NCBI GenBank assembly: GCA_965248055.1
Contig: CBDFIJ010000004.1
Span: 1,600,001 to 1,664,000 of the forward strand
Reading direction: 5' to 3'
Source of the DNA: Candidatus Multivoradales bacterium
Lineage (GTDB): Bacteria > Acidobacteriota > Thermoanaerobaculia > Multivoradales > JAHEKO01
DNA length: 64,000 nt
Of this stretch, positions 59,929-64,000 are shown piece by piece (the first letter of the stretch is position 1; every line of letters begins with the position of its first letter). The notes under the pieces were generated by a model. That model had not been told where the DNA came from, did not search any database, and worked only from the letters and a program-made list of their open reading frames with translations. The position numbers and the translations under genes are program-made.

Positions 59929-61122
59929 CTATCGTTCCAGATACCCAGTCCGTGCCCGAACGTCACCCGACAAACTCACTTGAACTTCCACTTCGTGCCA
60001 TGTCCCTGGCCCATTTTGGGCTGTTGGGTAGTACCCCAAAACGTACTGGTCGCGGAGTTCCCCAAGGATTGTAGAGAACGCGTAACCGGCCTCCGAAACC
60101 TGCGAAACGGGCACAATCCGACCGCCACTTTCTACAACCGCTTGACGCAAGAATGCGAACTCTCGACGATTCTCCTCCATGCCACGCCAATTGTTCATGC
60201 GCCCCTTTGAACTCTGGCCAAGCTGAATCCAATAGAAAACCGCCTGTTCTCGGCGCATCACGGTCAATATCTGGCCCATCGGAAGCGAACTATCAACATC
60301 TTCGCCGTCGGACAGCAGTACCAAAACTTTTCGGCTAAGTCGTGGGGTTAGCCGCTTTAACCCCAGATACACTGCATCGCTCACGGCGCTTCCACCCTCC
60401 GCAGTTACATCTCTCAACCCCAGCAAAATCAATCGCGAGAAAGAAGAGAACGGCGTTTCTCGAAGGACGCGATCGGAAAATAGGATCAGCTTAGCCTCAT
60501 CCAGGGGACCGAGATCACCAAGAAAGGACTCCGCCCCCTCGACAGAGATCTGGAGTTTCCCATCCGCCATACTGAGACTGGAGTCGACCATCAACACGGC
60601 ACTAAACGGAACATCCCCTCCAGAAAACGTAACCAAAGTTTGCTCCACTCCGTCATCCAAGACGCGAAACGCGCTTTCTGGCAATCCCGTCACTCGGCCC
60701 ACGTTGTTCGACACCGTGGCAAAAATCTGACGCAACTCCACATCAACTTCCAGGTCACTTTCGATCTTGGTCGAAGAAACACTGGAGGACCCACTTGATC
60801 CGGCCGCACCTCGAGCGACCACCTCAAAACGATGTTCTCGATTCTCCTGGCCAACATCAATCTGGACTTCAAACGGTGCCTCTTGGTCGGTCGCCACCAA
60901 GAATCCATCGAGATAAAACTCCACGCGCTCGATTGTGGATCCTGGAGGATAGACCTCTGCTGCCACCTGCGTCGGACCAAATACCACCTGACCAAACTCT
61001 GGAGCGGTAATCGCGATTTCTAGACGTTCCTGCCCGACTACGGCCTGAGCATTCCAGGCGAGCCAGAGGGCTAGACAGGAAGCAACGCCAGTTTCCCTGT
61101 GCCGTTTCCGACTGATCATCAT
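59929..61122 (-). CDS. Exported Ig-like plus VWA protein
   Basis: VEFYLDG..APF Ig-like domain; MIDAS DSSLS; LLSDGED; QYVLGYYP. Confidence 0.88.
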   Translation of the reverse strand: MMISRKRHRETGVASCLALWLAWNAQAVVGQERLEIAITAPEFGQVVFGPTQVAAEVYPPGSTIERVEFYLDGFLVATDQEAPFEVQIDVGQENREHRFEVVARGAAGSSGSSSVSSTKIESDLEVDVELRQIFATVSNNVGRVTGLPESAFRVLDDGVEQTLVTFSGGDVPFSAVLMVDSSLSMADGKLQISVEGAESFLGDLGPLDEAKLILFSDRVLRETPFSSFSRLILLGLRDVTAEGGSAVSDAVYLGLKRLTPRLSRKVLVLLSDGEDVDSSLPMGQILTVMRREQAVFYWIQLGQSSKGRMNNWRGMEENRREFAFLRQAVVESGGRIVPVSQVSEAGYAFSTILGELRDQYVLGYYPTAQNGPGTWHEVEVQVSLSGDVRARTGYLER

Positions 61123-61138
61123 CTTGCTGTCGTTCCGT

Positions 61139-63136
61139 TCAGGAAAGACCTTGGAGGGCCTTCAAGAGAGAGCTTCGATAGGCTTCTGATCGCTGCTCGA
61201 ACAAACTACGGACTTCGCTGATTTTTTCTTGTGGATCTTTAGAGTACCGGTGACGTTCACTTTCTCCGGTGCGCGCCTTAATCCAGGTTACCTCCGCCAA
61301 GGACTCCTGTGGTCGGCCCTGCAAATCATGGAACATCGCTTGTAGATATGCCAAGCCTTGATTTTCAGGAAATCGTTTACGGAACTCTAAGAAATAACGA
61401 CTCGCTTCCTCTGGTATGCCCCCTTCGATATAGAACCGCAGTAATTCTTGGGCTGCTAAGGCTGCCACCCAATCGTCACTCGCAGATAGCTCCTTGAGTT
61501 CCGAAATTCCTAACTCAGAGCGGTTAAGTCGGAGGTTCACCAGCGCGCGACGAATGCGCGCTTCCCGGGTCGGTTTTTCGATGTTCTCCAACAACGCGAT
61601 CACGCCCCGATAGTCACCGCTGCGTTCAAGTCGCCACGCCAGTAACTCCATGGCTTGCGCGTGATCTGGGGATGACCGCAAAGCAACCCGTAAGGATTCC
61701 AGTCCCGTTGGATCACCACCGCTGGCTTGCATTCCACCTATCGCAGCAAAGAAGTCGCCCGTTTCTTCTCCGGTCTCGCTCTTGTCTAACCCCAAATATC
61801 TCTGAGCGAGAGATAGGGCGAGTCGTTTGCAGTGGGTTGAAAGTTGGTACTCACGTTCTCGTAGATGATCTGTATAACGGTTCAAGTAAAGAGCCAATAT
61901 TGGTATCACCGCACCGGGCTCTCGTTGGCCAATCGAATCAAAAACGCGCAGCTCCAAGTCCGCGAGCGTTGCAAGCGCTTCGCCCGATCCTTGTATCAGG
62001 TCGTTCTCCAATTCTCCCAACCGAGACTGCGCGGCCGGATCTCCATTGGCCCAATCAGTCAGAACCGCCAAGAGCCTCCGGCGAATCTCCGGCTTGGGAA
62101 GGGCCAACTTTCGACTTACCGGTGCAGCCGCAACCTGTGCAGGAAGATCTTCCGCTTCGGCATTTCGTTTGACACGAGTCCAGGTCGTAGCAGTTTCTAT
62201 CTGCGAAGTCAGCAATACTTCGACAACCCCACCGCGCACCAATTCAGCATCTACTCCCTGCGCCACAAGCGAACCGGCAACTAGGTCCCGGCCCGAGGTA
62301 GTATTCTCGCCCACTGCAACTGGGGCGATCTCAAATCGACCTTCTACCGCCAAGTCTGGAGTTATCGTCGACTCCGCAATCGACCAACGACCCGGTCCTT
62401 GAGCAAATGTCCATCCAGTTGTGGTCAATGCCGCTTCTGCTTTCTCGTGGCTATTTTCGATCAAGATCTGGTTCGTACCGAGCACAAACATCCGGACGTT
62501 CCAAGGCTGATTTGCTGGCAATACACTCAGGGCGGACGGCTCGAAATTCGTCGGCGGCACCAGTCCGTCTAGCGGAATCTCCAACCAACTAGCCGCGACT
62601 TGATCCACTTCAAATGCTGAAATCGAAGCCTCGCGTGGGCTTGGCACACGCACCTGGTTTTGCCTCAGCCCCACCCGTCCAGAGATTGGCTCCGAGACCA
62701 GTGTCCGCAACCTATAGTCTCCCGCCGGAAGCTCAATTCCACCAACCACGCGGACTCCATCAACCGCGATCAAGCCCGCTGGATTAGATATCTCCACAAC
62801 CCGAGATTTGGCGAACACGATATTTCCTTGGCCTTCAAGGACGTATGTCGAAATTTTGACAAACAGTCGCTCCGGGATCGAGCCGGACAACAGGTTGTCC
62901 GCATCGACCTCCAACCACCAACCAATCGCTGGGGTTCCATCCTCAAGAGGAATCACCGAAGCAACTTGCTCGAAGAGTAGATCTCCTCCCTGTTGGTCGC
63001 TCATTATCAACGCTACATGTTCCGCCGCCAACCCACTGTGTGTAAGGAGACGAGCGGTTGGTAACGAAACCTCTTGACCTACAGCGATTCCGCTGGCAAG
63101 AACCGAGAGAGCTGCGGCAATGATCGAACGCATCAA
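61139..63136 (-). CDS. Exported hypothetical protein (beta-sandwich N-terminus, TPR-like C-terminus)
   Basis: 665-aa ORF, signal peptide, coupled to the upstream VWA gene. Confidence 0.7.
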   Translation of the reverse strand: MMRSIIAAALSVLASGIAVGQEVSLPTARLLTHSGLAAEHVALIMSDQQGGDLLFEQVASVIPLEDGTPAIGWWLEVDADNLLSGSIPERLFVKISTYVLEGQGNIVFAKSRVVEISNPAGLIAVDGVRVVGGIELPAGDYRLRTLVSEPISGRVGLRQNQVRVPSPREASISAFEVDQVAASWLEIPLDGLVPPTNFEPSALSVLPANQPWNVRMFVLGTNQILIENSHEKAEAALTTTGWTFAQGPGRWSIAESTITPDLAVEGRFEIAPVAVGENTTSGRDLVAGSLVAQGVDAELVRGGVVEVLLTSQIETATTWTRVKRNAEAEDLPAQVAAAPVSRKLALPKPEIRRRLLAVLTDWANGDPAAQSRLGELENDLIQGSGEALATLADLELRVFDSIGQREPGAVIPILALYLNRYTDHLREREYQLSTHCKRLALSLAQRYLGLDKSETGEETGDFFAAIGGMQASGGDPTGLESLRVALRSSPDHAQAMELLAWRLERSGDYRGVIALLENIEKPTREARIRRALVNLRLNRSELGISELKELSASDDWVAALAAQELLRFYIEGGIPEEASRYFLEFRKRFPENQGLAYLQAMFHDLQGRPQESLAEVTWIKARTGESERHRYSKDPQEKISEVRSLFEQRSEAYRSSLLKALQGLS

Positions 63137-64000
63137 CCAAACGACGGAGCCACTAATTCAGCTTGCGCTACCGAGTCAGTTTGACCGATCTCGTCGTAAA
63201 CAGTGACCACCACGGTGTGGCCGATAGCACGCAACTTGAGAGTGAACGTGTAACCACCGGTTTGAGCGAGCGCGTTATAAAGATCGTTATTGGGAATCCT
63301 TAACGGCAGAGTCTGTTTGGTCACCGGAGCCATTCGGCCTTGCTCATCGCGCGCAGCAATAAACAGGGAAATCCGACCTTCATGGGCCTCCCCTTGGGGT
63401 AAAAGGGTTAACTTAGACATCGGCACTTTCACCATCACGGGAACGTTGGCAAATCCTTTCTCATCCTGCTCCGGCTGGCCAAACTCCACGGCAACCCCCA
63501 TCGGGTTGGGCGCTCCAACCAGTAGCAAGGCAGACCGGGTCCGATCTACTAGCCGCTCGTCGGTGGTCGTTTCCCGGTAGTGGTGTCGATATCGAAGCTC
63601 CACGCCCGGGCGCAAAACTTCGACTTTGATTTTTCGCCGAGCGCTCTCCTTGGCCAAGGAATTTGGCCGATAGGCAATCGAATACATGCTGTCAAAATCG
63701 CGGCGAATGCCTTGCAAGAGATTCCCCATGGAGCCGGTCGTCGAACTCCCTCCTGTCGATCCAGACATCAAGTTCATCACTGCAGCACGATTGGAGATCT
63801 CCGCCGATTGCATTTCGGGGGTTAACGTTCGGTTTCCCGCCGCATCCAACCCTTGGATCTCAACCGAAGTCATTCCACTGACGGCTTCCAACGGATTGAG
63901 TGTGTACAGCGTTATGCGGTGGGTATTGGCGGTCCGAGCTAAGTCCTCCACAGCATCACTGGCGTCAAACTCTTCAAGTTCCCTAATACGGCTGAACTCG
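63133..64000 (-). CDS. Acidobacterial VWA-related protein, C-terminal part
   Basis: LARTANTHRITLYTL, STGG, YSIAY, RKIKVEVLRPGVELRYR; ORF enters from the window edge. Confidence 0.8.
   Translation of the reverse strand, partial: EFSRIRELEEFDASDAVEDLARTANTHRITLYTLNPLEAVSGMTSVEIQGLDAAGNRTLTPEMQSAEISNRAAVMNLMSGSTGGSSTTGSMGNLLQGIRRDFDSMYSIAYRPNSLAKESARRKIKVEVLRPGVELRYRHHYRETTTDERLVDRTRSALLLVGAPNPMGVAVEFGQPEQDEKGFANVPVMVKVPMSKLTLLPQGEAHEGRISLFIAARDEQGRMAPVTKQTLPLRIPNNDLYNALAQTGGYTFTLKLRAIGHTVVVTVYDEIGQTDSVAQAELVAPSFG

Overview
GC-rich bacterial chromosome segment, dense in housekeeping genes. The gene content (Oar-type TonB receptor, CRTAC1/ASPIC-UnbV, VWA and TPR proteins, atypical Hfq) suggests Acidobacteriota; this is inference only. 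In order: 5' end of aceE; a BNR-type lipoprotein; a small decayed accessory islet (pseudogenised DUF6516/TumE-like toxin-antitoxin pair missing from the ORF track, plus an intact Fic-HTH gene behind an 11-bp repeat array); nfeD-SPFH; a SUF operon (Rrf2-sufBCDSU-pepF) with an IscR-type operator; acs; SMUG1 and thiI head-to-head; GGDEF-EAL; pckA; an unknown Rossmann enzyme paired with an animal-like glutamate dehydrogenase; tRNA-Asn; rpsU-mutS2-dnaG-rpoD (dnaG frameshifted near its 3' end); slt; tRNA-Ile2; a long coupled operon with an embedded AbiEii pair; ricT-hfq-pdxA (pdxA probably starts at ACG); serS; an acyl-CoA ligase; and a 14-kb envelope cluster. The best candidate for an undescribed system is a sigma54-driven TonB receptor plus CRTAC1 protein bracketed by two paralogous TPR lipoproteins that share an unusual non-TPR motif. 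No CRISPR array, rRNA, transposase or integrase was seen. All family calls come from motif recognition, not database searches.
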